A stretch of DNA of 64,000 nt from Desulfotomaculaceae bacterium (GTDB taxonomy: Bacteria; Bacillota; Desulfotomaculia; Desulfotomaculales; Pelotomaculaceae): assembly GCA_041645005.1 (NCBI GenBank), contig JBAZQW010000001.1:26728-90727 (forward strand). The letters run 5' to 3'. This document shows, in pieces, positions 43,590 through 52,556 of the stretch; the stretch's first letter is position 1; each line of letters opens with the position of its first letter. The notes under the pieces are model-generated. The model was not told the origin of the DNA, did no database searches, and saw nothing but the letters and a program-made list of their open reading frames with translations. A program made the position numbers and the translations under genes.

Positions 43590-44647
43590 CTAAAACCCCT
43601 TAATAACGTACGAAGAATTCTTAACCAAACAGGATTACTCCTTCGCCAATCCCTCTCGACTGCTATTAAATAATCCTGGGTTTCTTCTCCCCGGTTGACC
43701 TTGCCGGGAGTTTCGCTCGCGAGCTCATCGTTTCTTTTGAATATAGCACGAATAAATTCATCAGCTTTAACCGCGGTCAGGCCATTCCGCTTGGTGAATT
43801 CCTTTAATGTCCTCAATTCAAAACAAAAATTATGTTCGAGCTGTAAAAACGACAAGAAATCGTTGCCGCTGACCAGCCATTCGTCGGATATTTTATCAGC
43901 CCGCGTTCGGCTCCAATGTTTTACCCCCGGGACTTCAATATAAATGCTGCCGGTCGGAGTGATCAGTTCTTTCGCCTGCTGCAAAGCCAGATCAACATCC
44001 GGCATATGCTCAAGACAGTGGGAAAAGATCAGCAGATCGGCCTTCAACGACAGCTTCTGGAGCGATTCGATCCCACCGGATAAAAGCTCCATTCCGGCCG
44101 CTCTCCCCGCTCCCAGCCTGTCTTCGTCAAAGTCGCAACCGTAAACCTGACAGCCGGCCTGATGGAAAGGATAAAGATTACAGCCATCGTTGCAGCCAAC
44201 CTCCATGACGACACCTGTCTTTTTAAAACCTTCGCCCAGCGCGTCTTTTATCCATTGAAATCTTTTCCAGGCATACGCCCCCGGAGCGGTACGATCGGCA
44301 AACATCCGGGCAGCGCTCCGCCCGTCATTCTTCAGTTGATTGCAATATTTAGCGTAATAGCGATCTGCCCCCTTATCACTGAAATAGGCGGAGGAGAAAA
44401 CTAGCCCGCAGTTGTCGCAGATCACGGTTTCCAGGGGCAAACCGAGCCGGTCTTTTAAAGCGACAACCGTTACTTTTGTTGCTTGACATAAGGGACAGGC
44501 GGCAAAAGCCAGCCGTTCGATCTCCCCATTTTTTAGCGCTTCCCCGACCACCCCAGCCGCCGCTCTGGTGATCCGACTTTCCCGGTAGAGCGGACGTCCG
44601 TTAGCCTTAAATCGGTTCGACAGCAAGGCGAGTTTCTTTTCAAGCAT
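43586..44647 (-). CDS. SAM-dependent methyltransferase with N-terminal Cys4 zinc-ribbon
   Basis: Motifs CPLCQ...CDNCGLVF, then VMEVGCNDGCNL and LIFSHCLEHMPD. I prefer ATG 44647 (ATGCTTGA overlap). Confidence 0.75.
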   Translation of the reverse strand: MLEKKLALLSNRFKANGRPLYRESRITRAAAGVVGEALKNGEIERLAFAACPLCQATKVTVVALKDRLGLPLETVICDNCGLVFSSAYFSDKGADRYYAKYCNQLKNDGRSAARMFADRTAPGAYAWKRFQWIKDALGEGFKKTGVVMEVGCNDGCNLYPFHQAGCQVYGCDFDEDRLGAGRAAGMELLSGGIESLQKLSLKADLLIFSHCLEHMPDVDLALQQAKELITPTGSIYIEVPGVKHWSRTRADKISDEWLVSGNDFLSFLQLEHNFCFELRTLKEFTKRNGLTAVKADEFIRAIFKRNDELASETPGKVNRGEETQDYLIAVERDWRRSNPVWLRILRTLLRGFR

Positions 44648-45365
44648 CCCCAGCAACCTCGTCATAGCGCAGATCATAATTACCAAGTTTTTCTTTACCG
44701 ACCAGAAGCGCCTCCACCATTTTCAGATCGTCTTCGGTCTTAATAATCAGAGCTGACTCTTTACTAACCGGATAATAACCCATTTTGCCGCAAAACAGGG
44801 CATAGCCTTTTTCTTTATATGTCTTTTGAAAAGTCTTATTGCGCCACATCATCACGGAATAAACAAAACGCTGGACCGGTATTAAATCCTGAGTCCTGGC
44901 AAATAGACCGTCTTCCTGGAAATTGAGCGGCTGTCCGTCATACAGACAATGCACCTGCTCCTCCCGCACCGTGATCAGACCATCCAGTTTCTTTTCTTGA
45001 AAATAACGGACGACAGCACGGACCTCTTCCCCGCTCTGCAGCGGCGAAGTTGAATTAACCCAGACAGTGATGTCGGCCGGATGATGTTCCATAAAATCAA
45101 AAACAACATCGTCGGACTTGGCCTCGGAGCTCCCCAACTTTTCCGGGCGGTGGTAAAATTCTACCCCGTACCTTTCAGCAATCCCGGCAAAAACCTCGTT
45201 TTCCGAATTCAATATTATTTTATCAAATACACCGGATTTTTTGGCCGCCGCGATCGGGTAATAGATCATCGGTTGCCCGTTGATCAGGGCTAAGTTCTTT
45301 TTGGCCAGACGGGTACTCCCCATTCTGGCCGGGATCATCGCGACTATTTTTTCCTTGCCGGTCAT
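44640..45365 (-). CDS. NeuA-like acylneuraminate cytidylyltransferase-family protein
   Basis: Motif KIVAMIPARMGSTRLAKKNLALINGQPMIYY. 241 aa. Confidence 0.75.
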   Translation of the reverse strand: MTGKEKIVAMIPARMGSTRLAKKNLALINGQPMIYYPIAAAKKSGVFDKIILNSENEVFAGIAERYGVEFYHRPEKLGSSEAKSDDVVFDFMEHHPADITVWVNSTSPLQSGEEVRAVVRYFQEKKLDGLITVREEQVHCLYDGQPLNFQEDGLFARTQDLIPVQRFVYSVMMWRNKTFQKTYKEKGYALFCGKMGYYPVSKESALIIKTEDDLKMVEALLVGKEKLGNYDLRYDEVAGDA

Positions 45366-46543
45366 AAATTTACCCAGGCTCCATTACGTTTCAGGCTCTG
45401 ATTGGCCGCTTCGACCACCGCGGTCGAAACCAGCGCTTCCGAGAAAGTCGGCCTTTTCCCTTCCAATTTCTCCGGCGAAGTTTCTCCATCAATAATTCCG
45501 CGAACATCGCTTACGAACTGGAGAATACTCTCAACCCCATAACCGCGAAAGGTCGTTTCGCCCTCCCCATTCGCGTAAAAAGCCGAGAAATCAGGATTCG
45601 GTTCTTCGATCCCGGCCGCGTCGGTCACCAGACAGATCCCCCGTTTTTTCTGGTCCGCTTCATAGCGCCCTTTTGTCCCGATCACTTTGATCTTCTGATC
45701 GGACATCGCCGATGTCCCCTCGGGATCGATCCAATTGACCAGGATCGCGCTGGTGAACCGGCGACCGTTCGAACTTTTCCATTCGATCAAACATTGGATC
45801 GAATCGTAAGTATCGACCCCTTTGGCCCGAAGAAAATTCTTCTGGCCGACGGCCATGACCCGTTGCGGCAGAGCCCGGGTGGCGAAATAGATAATATCGA
45901 CGTAATGGACGCCGAGATATTGGAAAATATTACTCTTGGTCGCCCAGCTTTTAAAGACCCCCAGCGGGATGTTTTTTCGCTGGCTGTATTCGACAATAAA
46001 GTAAAGCGGATCGCCGATCTTCCCTGAGCCGATCGCTTCTTTCAGCTTTAAATTCGAACGGTCATAGCGCTTGTGGAACTCGACCGCGCCATAAACATTT
46101 TTGGCGCGCTGAAGCTTGACGAGTTCCTTGGCCTCACGCAGCGTCGGAGCGAGCGGTTTAACGACCAGGCAGGGGATACTCCTCCTCAGCAAGTTAGCCG
46201 TGATCGCAAAATGGAGATGATCCGGCACCGAAACAATGGCACAATCGGGCCACCAACCGTCCTTGAGCGGCTGCTGGTAAGCCTGTGGGTCCCGGCTCTT
46301 CCCTTTTGGAAAACATTCCACATCCAGCCCAAAACCAAAGATCTTCCGTAAGGCGGCGAGTTTTGCTCTTAGCGCTTTGACACTGCCCGCACTTGTCGCC
46401 GCGACCTTCACCTCAAGCTCCCAGCCATCCTTTTGAGCCTGAAAAAGAGCGGGCAAGATCGTTCCGTAGCCGGTTGTCCCCCGACCGCAGACGTACATGC
46501 CGGCCCCAACGATCAGCACCTTTAAACTTTTATTTTTTTCCAT
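45362..46543 (-). CDS. Gfo/Idh/MocA-family NAD(P)-dependent oxidoreductase
   Basis: Motifs LKVLIVGAGMYV and VSVPDHLHFAITANLLRRSIPCLVVKPLA. AGGAG SD upstream. Confidence 0.7.
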   Translation of the reverse strand: MEKNKSLKVLIVGAGMYVCGRGTTGYGTILPALFQAQKDGWELEVKVAATSAGSVKALRAKLAALRKIFGFGLDVECFPKGKSRDPQAYQQPLKDGWWPDCAIVSVPDHLHFAITANLLRRSIPCLVVKPLAPTLREAKELVKLQRAKNVYGAVEFHKRYDRSNLKLKEAIGSGKIGDPLYFIVEYSQRKNIPLGVFKSWATKSNIFQYLGVHYVDIIYFATRALPQRVMAVGQKNFLRAKGVDTYDSIQCLIEWKSSNGRRFTSAILVNWIDPEGTSAMSDQKIKVIGTKGRYEADQKKRGICLVTDAAGIEEPNPDFSAFYANGEGETTFRGYGVESILQFVSDVRGIIDGETSPEKLEGKRPTFSEALVSTAVVEAANQSLKRNGAWVNL

Positions 46544-46553
46544 TTTACCGCTC

Positions 46554-48470
46554 CTATTTTTGTTTTAATAACCAGGCGGGAAAGTCGACCGTCTCGTTCG
46601 CGCCAAAACGATGCCGCTGGAATTCCTTTGCCGGCACTTTAAAATCCAGGCCGGCTTCGTCCAGCCGGTCAAAGTATTGCTGGAGCGCTATCCGGTCCGG
46701 GACAAAGAGGACCGCTTTTCCGATCTCGCCGCTGAAAGGCTCACCGGGAATGTGGGCGTATCTCCCTTCCCCGCCATAAAGGAGGACTGGGACTTTATTG
46801 CTTAAGGCCTCTTCGATCGTAGTCGAGGAAAAACTAACGATCAGGTCGGCCTCCGCCAGGACGTCAAGAAAGGATCTTTCTGTTTCAATTATGACATTAT
46901 CCGCTGGGGGGAGATAGCGCTTCAACGCTTCGAGCGTCAGCTCGTAATCATTTTGCCGGAACTTGACGATCAGCTTGATCCTTGGCCGCCCCGCAACGGC
47001 CGCGGCCAACTCCTGAAGAGCTTTGACGTATTCATCGGCAGTTTCGTAAATATAGCGGCGGTTATGCCGCATCTTAAAGGTCCCGGCGTGAACGACCGTC
47101 AGTTGCGACCGTTCAGCTGGGTTCGCTTTTTCAATCCGCCTTCCCCAGAGGGTCGGCTGGATATTTACCAGGCGGTCGGGATCAGCGAGCATTTTAAGAG
47201 CCAGCGTCCCGGCATGAGGCGACTGAACTGCCGAATATCGGTAATGTCCGACCAAAATGTTTTTCGCCAGCTGCTCATGCTCTCTAGCCGCGTATTTTTC
47301 AGTGTGCAAAACATGTGAGCCATGGCTGATCAGCACAGAGGGGATATTAAATTTTTTCGTTATCTCTCCCAAAGCGCCATAAACTTCCAAGTTCATTTGC
47401 GAGATCACGTATGTCGGTCTGATCGCCTCCAGCGCTTTCTCCAAGCCGAAAGCCAGATAATGCACTCCCAGCAGATACGGCGCGAGGTCGGATCTGATCT
47501 TTTCCGTTAAGATCCCGGATATATTCACTCCCATATAAGTCAAGACGTCATTATTCTTCCCGAAGAAACCCATAATATTCTCAGAATATTCTTTTGGCGC
47601 TTCTTTCTCATACGAACCGATGTTCGCCCGGGCAAACGTCTTAATGGGAAAAATAAAATCGAGCGGATAACCGGTCGCGCGATCTTTGATCTTTCGTTTA
47701 ACCAAGACGGAAACCAATATCCCCAAGGCCTGGACAACTTCCATCAAGCCCTCGCGCCCGTTATAGAATCCGCCGACCGCCAATCCGTTTTCCTCCTTGC
47801 GCAGATCGTCACAGACACGGTCAAGGTTATATTTAAAACTTGGCACCAACAGGGTCCTTCTCCTTTTTAGGAGCGCGGCCGCCAATTTCAGCACTTGCGA
47901 ACTAACCCAATTGCAGGCCAAATTGAATCGACTTTGGCCAAACTTTTCAGCCATAGGTTGGACTGTCCAGGGCGACAGTTTTAGCGGCACAAAGCCGATC
48001 GCTCTCATAGTACACATTTTTTCCGCTAGCCGTCCCAGATAAAGCTGGTTGTCTTCGACCCAGGGGGAAAGAGTCACTTCCGATTTATGTTTGAAAGCCG
48101 CAATTTGTGAATAGCTATTTTGGGCTAAACACTTATCTAATAATTCGATATTCCAAAGGAGGTGCCGCCAGATCAGAACCAGATAGTAAAAACTGGCATT
48201 AACAAACCAATCTTCTGGTCGCCTCCCCTTGCTTTTGTCTAGCTCTCCCCTTAGGGACGACTCGATCTCAGCGCACTTTTCCATCACCAGTTGAAAGGAA
48301 GCCGTGTCAATAATATCCGATGTATCAAGACTGATAATATTATTCTGCGCCAAAAATGACCTGATATTCGGGTTAAGCGCCAAGACCGACCAATCGTTCA
48401 GTTCAAGCTCCCGGAGCGCCTGTTTTGCTTCGTTCATATCCTCGATGATCAATAATTGGTTTTTATTCAC
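46554..48470 (-). CDS. Uncharacterised protein of about 638 aa (U3) with a GT-B-like C-terminal half (capsule-synthesis / TagF-like flavour)
   Basis: Motifs SVLISHGSHV, KLIVKFRQND and ADLIVSFSSTTIEEALSNKVPVLLYGG. Likely GTG start at 48470 (GTGA overlap). Confidence 0.35.
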   Translation of the reverse strand: MNKNQLLIIEDMNEAKQALRELELNDWSVLALNPNIRSFLAQNNIISLDTSDIIDTASFQLVMEKCAEIESSLRGELDKSKGRRPEDWFVNASFYYLVLIWRHLLWNIELLDKCLAQNSYSQIAAFKHKSEVTLSPWVEDNQLYLGRLAEKMCTMRAIGFVPLKLSPWTVQPMAEKFGQSRFNLACNWVSSQVLKLAAALLKRRRTLLVPSFKYNLDRVCDDLRKEENGLAVGGFYNGREGLMEVVQALGILVSVLVKRKIKDRATGYPLDFIFPIKTFARANIGSYEKEAPKEYSENIMGFFGKNNDVLTYMGVNISGILTEKIRSDLAPYLLGVHYLAFGLEKALEAIRPTYVISQMNLEVYGALGEITKKFNIPSVLISHGSHVLHTEKYAAREHEQLAKNILVGHYRYSAVQSPHAGTLALKMLADPDRLVNIQPTLWGRRIEKANPAERSQLTVVHAGTFKMRHNRRYIYETADEYVKALQELAAAVAGRPRIKLIVKFRQNDYELTLEALKRYLPPADNVIIETERSFLDVLAEADLIVSFSSTTIEEALSNKVPVLLYGGEGRYAHIPGEPFSGEIGKAVLFVPDRIALQQYFDRLDEAGLDFKVPAKEFQRHRFGANETVDFPAWLLKQK

Positions 48471-49432
48471 GGTTTGATAAACTCCAATTTTTTGGCAATA
48501 TCTTCGACTAGCCCATGAACTGGAAAGGCCAAACACTTTTCATAGGCTGGGTTCAAAGGATCGCCGGACCAATTAAAATGATAAAGACTGGTCTCGACCC
48601 CATGTTCCGAAAGCAGAACGGCCTGCTTCCCTTTGATGACCGGTTCTGGAGCCCCTCTTAACAAAGGAGCAATGCCAGGCCCGGCACCAGCTTCCACCGC
48701 CCTTTTCATCCAAACCGGCCACTCACTGCTCAGCGGAGATTTTAATAATGCCGCTAGATTGCGCTGACGAGCGGCAAGTTCGATCTTGACCGCGGCCGTA
48801 ACGTCATTCTCGGACAACCATTTTGTGAGATGAGGATCAAGCGCCTTGACCTGGCTTTTAAGGATCGTGTTAATTTGACCGTAAGGATCTTCGCCCACTA
48901 AACCTTGTTTTACCAAGGCAGCCATGAGCTTGACCGAGCCCTCTTCGGGCTCAAAAGCCAGTGGTCGATCGTTCACGGTCGCCAGCCCTCCCCCAGTAAC
49001 ACCAAGCAATTTCGACAAGCTTAGTACCCGGATAATAGTTTTAAAGTTTTTGGCCGCATTGAGCTTGTCCGCAAAATAATGAGCCGAGTCAACCATGTCT
49101 TTGATGAAGACCGCGCCGGTAAAACGGGCTTCCAATTCCCCCAATACCCCCGCCGACAACGGCCACCCCCATTGTTCATACACCAAAACACCAGCACATT
49201 TGATCTCCCCGGCGATCACCTCGTTAATGGGAATAGGCATGGCATACGCCCCCACCGCGTTGATCACGCATTGGGAGCTCCACTCCGGGATGGCAACGCG
49301 ATCGCCGCGGTCAAGCCCCGCTTCAGTGAGCGCTTGGCTAAGCGCCTGCCGGCCGCTGGGAAAAATATTCCTAAGCGGGAAATTTCCCAGTCCCGGATTT
49401 TGTACGGCCATATCTCTCCACAATTTGATCAT
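48467..49432 (-). CDS. Divergent DegT-like / fold-type-I PLP-enzyme-like protein
   Basis: Motifs FPSGRQALSQAL...GDRVAIPEWSSQCVINAV...VLVYEQWGWP...KDMVDSAHYF...VLSLSKLLGVTGGGL. The block order is the same as in 11624..12670. Confidence 0.4.
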   Translation of the reverse strand: MIKLWRDMAVQNPGLGNFPLRNIFPSGRQALSQALTEAGLDRGDRVAIPEWSSQCVINAVGAYAMPIPINEVIAGEIKCAGVLVYEQWGWPLSAGVLGELEARFTGAVFIKDMVDSAHYFADKLNAAKNFKTIIRVLSLSKLLGVTGGGLATVNDRPLAFEPEEGSVKLMAALVKQGLVGEDPYGQINTILKSQVKALDPHLTKWLSENDVTAAVKIELAARQRNLAALLKSPLSSEWPVWMKRAVEAGAGPGIAPLLRGAPEPVIKGKQAVLLSEHGVETSLYHFNWSGDPLNPAYEKCLAFPVHGLVEDIAKKLEFIKP

Positions 49433-51141
49433 AATATGGCCTTTGCCTGCTCAAAAAATTCTTGGCGGCTAACCGGCCAGGCGACTTCCGCCTGGAACTT
49501 TCTGATCGGCAGACGACCTTTGTTTAGGAATTCGCGGTTATCATCAACGATCATCTTGAACGACCTTAAGCCGGCCGACGCTTCATAAAAAATAATCCCC
49601 GCCGCGGCCAATTCACGGTCGATCTCCTTCCCGCGCACGGTAGCCTGCAGGCATTCCCATTCATTATGGAAAACCAAAGTTGGCACTCCCGCCTGGACAG
49701 ATTCAGCAAAACCAGTACTCACCGTATCCCACAAAACCAGATCAACCATGGCAAACAGCTCATGCGGTTTTTGACTGACAATCCCAACACTCCCGGCTTT
49801 CAGTTCATCGGCAAACACTTCCTTGATCGGGTCATTAGCGTAGGTTCCGGGAAAAGGCTTGTACAAAACCCTTAGTCCCGGATACAGTCGCTTTAACTCT
49901 TTAAGATATTGGAGCACCTGCAAGCGGTGAACCCGGTTTTTTTCAGGGGAAATTTCTTCGAGATCGGTCATAAAATCCATCAGCGGTCCGGAGGGATAAA
50001 AAAGAGTAAGCTCCTGCCCGTTGATCACCGGCTTATTCCATTTCGGGATTGCGGTTAGGTATGTGCTGCCGAAACTAATCGTTTTTAACCTCGGAAGAAG
50101 GACCTCGCCTTTAAGCCAGTCACTATCATTCTTCCCCCAGGCGAAATAATAATCAAGAAAAGCCAACTCATTGGCCGCTTGTTTGCGGGAACTGATCATG
50201 TTTGATGCTCCGTGCTGATGGCCGATCAACAAGGCTTTCTTTCGCTTGGCCAGCAAGGCAAAGATCTTAAAATTGTCATTACGATAATAACCGGTTGCGG
50301 AGTGGACCTGTTTTATATCCCAGCCGATTAGGAGCCGCGAATAATAAGCTAACGTCTCAGGCAGGCCTTCAACCACCGCCACCGGCAGAGCCCGATCAAC
50401 AAAATCGGCAAAGAGAATGGCTAATGAATCACGGGTTGAATTATTAAGATTCGGCAAGATATTATTGATCCATGCGATAAATACTTTCTCAAAGACGTCA
50501 CGCATATTGAACCGAAGGGTCAAATTGATCGTCACGGAAGGTAGCTGATAATTAAAAATCATCATCTCCCGATCTTCAAGCAGATATTTCATCTTTTCCG
50601 TCTTATCAGCGAGCTTGCGCGGTTTGCTTCTTCTGATCCTGGCAAGCTCAGATCGATCAAGAAAACGCCTGATGATCTTTTTGGGGTTAAAAAGCTCGCC
50701 AACACTCCACCGGTTGAACAATTTCGCCTTGGCGCTCGAGCCTGTCCGGGCGATTGCTTCCCCGCGAAGTGCCTTGGCCAGCCGGCCAAGCAACTGCCGG
50801 TTGATATCCTGATCGTAGTAATATCTTTCAAGAGAAATAAAGCTGTTCAAGTAATAGTATCGATCAGCGGAAATATTCACAGTTTCACCACTCTCGTTGT
50901 TCTTTTCGCTCACTACCGTCCGCAGAAGTCTCTCCACGAAGAAATTGCAGGCCACATGGACCGGAAAACGGTAGAGCAAACGAAATTCTTCGCCGGCCAG
51001 GTCACCGGACGTCACGATTCTGGCCGCATAGAGTTCGGTCAGCAATTCGTCAACCAAGCGGCCAGTTTGGCTGGCTATTTCGCGCTGGTCATATTCACCG
51101 GTCCAGTCCGACCTATTGTAATCTAGCAAAGGCCTCTGCAT
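49429..51141 (-). CDS. Uncharacterised protein of about 570 aa (U4), paralogue of 52553..54235; putative GT-B-type transferase
   Basis: Shared blocks with U5: RFPVHVACNFFVERLLR, KIFALLAKRKKALLIGHQHG, YPSGPLMDFMTDLEEISPEKNRVHRLQVL, YKPFPGTYANDPIK and VDLVLWDTVSTGFAESVQAGVPTLVFH. Start moved to ATG 51141 by alignment to the paralogue. Confidence 0.4.
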   Translation of the reverse strand: MQRPLLDYNRSDWTGEYDQREIASQTGRLVDELLTELYAARIVTSGDLAGEEFRLLYRFPVHVACNFFVERLLRTVVSEKNNESGETVNISADRYYYLNSFISLERYYYDQDINRQLLGRLAKALRGEAIARTGSSAKAKLFNRWSVGELFNPKKIIRRFLDRSELARIRRSKPRKLADKTEKMKYLLEDREMMIFNYQLPSVTINLTLRFNMRDVFEKVFIAWINNILPNLNNSTRDSLAILFADFVDRALPVAVVEGLPETLAYYSRLLIGWDIKQVHSATGYYRNDNFKIFALLAKRKKALLIGHQHGASNMISSRKQAANELAFLDYYFAWGKNDSDWLKGEVLLPRLKTISFGSTYLTAIPKWNKPVINGQELTLFYPSGPLMDFMTDLEEISPEKNRVHRLQVLQYLKELKRLYPGLRVLYKPFPGTYANDPIKEVFADELKAGSVGIVSQKPHELFAMVDLVLWDTVSTGFAESVQAGVPTLVFHNEWECLQATVRGKEIDRELAAAGIIFYEASAGLRSFKMIVDDNREFLNKGRLPIRKFQAEVAWPVSRQEFFEQAKAIL

Positions 51142-51832
51142 ACCCGTATTTATTCTCCTTGCCTCTTTGCCGGCAATTATCAACCACCGCTCTGAGCGAG
51201 AGCGGGCTGGGAAACTCTTTGAGTTCTTCCTTATAAGTTCTGATGGCCGCTTTTTTACTTTGGATATAAGAAGAGATATTAACAACATTGTCTGGCTTGA
51301 ATTTATTAATTTCAATCGGCGGCAAACAATCCATGTTCCCAGGGATCTCAAAACAAAACACCGCTCTTTTTTTTACCGGCTCCTTACTTGGTCTGAAAGC
51401 GGTCAGGACAGCCTCGCAACAAACCCGATGGTCACGGTTAATATCTCCCCAGTGATGGGTATAAATAATGTCGGGATCTGTCCCGGCCACGATCCGCTCG
51501 ATCTCCTTAACGATATCCAACAAAGATATGCTGTCAAGCCGCTGATCGGCCAGTCCAAGCGCGTAGCAATTTTTCCTTTTGATCCCCAAGATAGCGGCCG
51601 ACCGAAAAAGTTCTCTTTTTCTCTTTAAAATGAGCTTAGAGTATTTCTTTATCTCACTCTCTCTGGACACGCCGTGGCGGTAAACTCTCGAAGTCACCCC
51701 ATCAGCCAGAGCGATGAGCCTAACCTCCGCACCCGCCTGAACGTGTTTGAGGATCGTTCCCCCGCAACCGAAGGCCTCGTCGTCGGGATGAGCAACAACG
51801 ACCAGAACGTTCTTAGCGCTAAAAAACATCAT
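51113..51832 (-). CDS. PIG-L/LmbE-family N-deacetylase, copy 2
   Basis: Motif VLVVVAHPDDEAFGCGGTI. Start moved to ATG 51832. Confidence 0.8.
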   Translation of the reverse strand: MMFFSAKNVLVVVAHPDDEAFGCGGTILKHVQAGAEVRLIALADGVTSRVYRHGVSRESEIKKYSKLILKRKRELFRSAAILGIKRKNCYALGLADQRLDSISLLDIVKEIERIVAGTDPDIIYTHHWGDINRDHRVCCEAVLTAFRPSKEPVKKRAVFCFEIPGNMDCLPPIEINKFKPDNVVNISSYIQSKKAAIRTYKEELKEFPSPLSLRAVVDNCRQRGKENKYGYAEAFARLQ

Positions 51833-51845
51833 CCACCCCCCGAAT

Positions 51846-52556
51846 TCATGATTTATCAACCTCACCATCCGCAACCATCATTTTAATCTTTACCCTTGCC
51901 TTAACCATATTGCCAACCATCTCGGCCCCGGAAAATTCATATCTCGCCCCTCCCGATTCCAAAAAGGCCGACGGGTATCCGTCAGCATCAAGCATCCGGA
52001 TATGGTCATAAATACTCGCCAATCCCTTTATTTTCGAAATATCACTTTCCGAAGGCTGGCGTCGCTTAAAATATTTTACGGGCCCTCTTTGCGGTTGTGG
52101 CACCGGCCGTTTTTTGATTATATGAGGGATCATTTCATTGAAAATAATTTCTGCCGCCCTAGTGAATATTTCTTGGGCGGTTCCTTTTAACCGCAAATCA
52201 GCTTTTAAATAAACGGGCCCTGCATCATAATCCCCAGTTACTCTGAAAGCAGATATTTTAGTTTTATATATTCCCCTCGAAATTAAGTTCTGCAATGGGC
52301 TGCCACCTCGGCCAAAGGGCAGATCGGTCATATGAAAGGCAATGCATTCCCATTTTTTATATATCGCTTCCGGTATTTTCCACGACCAATGCGGAAAAAA
52401 AATCAATTCTGGATCAACATGATTGATCTTCTGATAGGTTAATTCATCATAGCGACTGATAATCCGCATTGGATCCGCACTCTTTTTGGCAAAAGCGGCG
52501 GCCAGCTTGATGTTCCAGGGCTTAACCGTCGCCACAATATAGTTCCTCCTTTTCAT
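51846..52556 (-). CDS. Formyltransferase-like protein, copy 2
   Basis: Motifs IFFPHWSWKIP, CIAFHMTDLPFGRGGSPLQ and YDAGPVY. The Asn of N-x-H is replaced by Ala. Confidence 0.6.
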   Translation of the reverse strand: MKRRNYIVATVKPWNIKLAAAFAKKSADPMRIISRYDELTYQKINHVDPELIFFPHWSWKIPEAIYKKWECIAFHMTDLPFGRGGSPLQNLISRGIYKTKISAFRVTGDYDAGPVYLKADLRLKGTAQEIFTRAAEIIFNEMIPHIIKKRPVPQPQRGPVKYFKRRQPSESDISKIKGLASIYDHIRMLDADGYPSAFLESGGARYEFSGAEMVGNMVKARVKIKMMVADGEVDKS

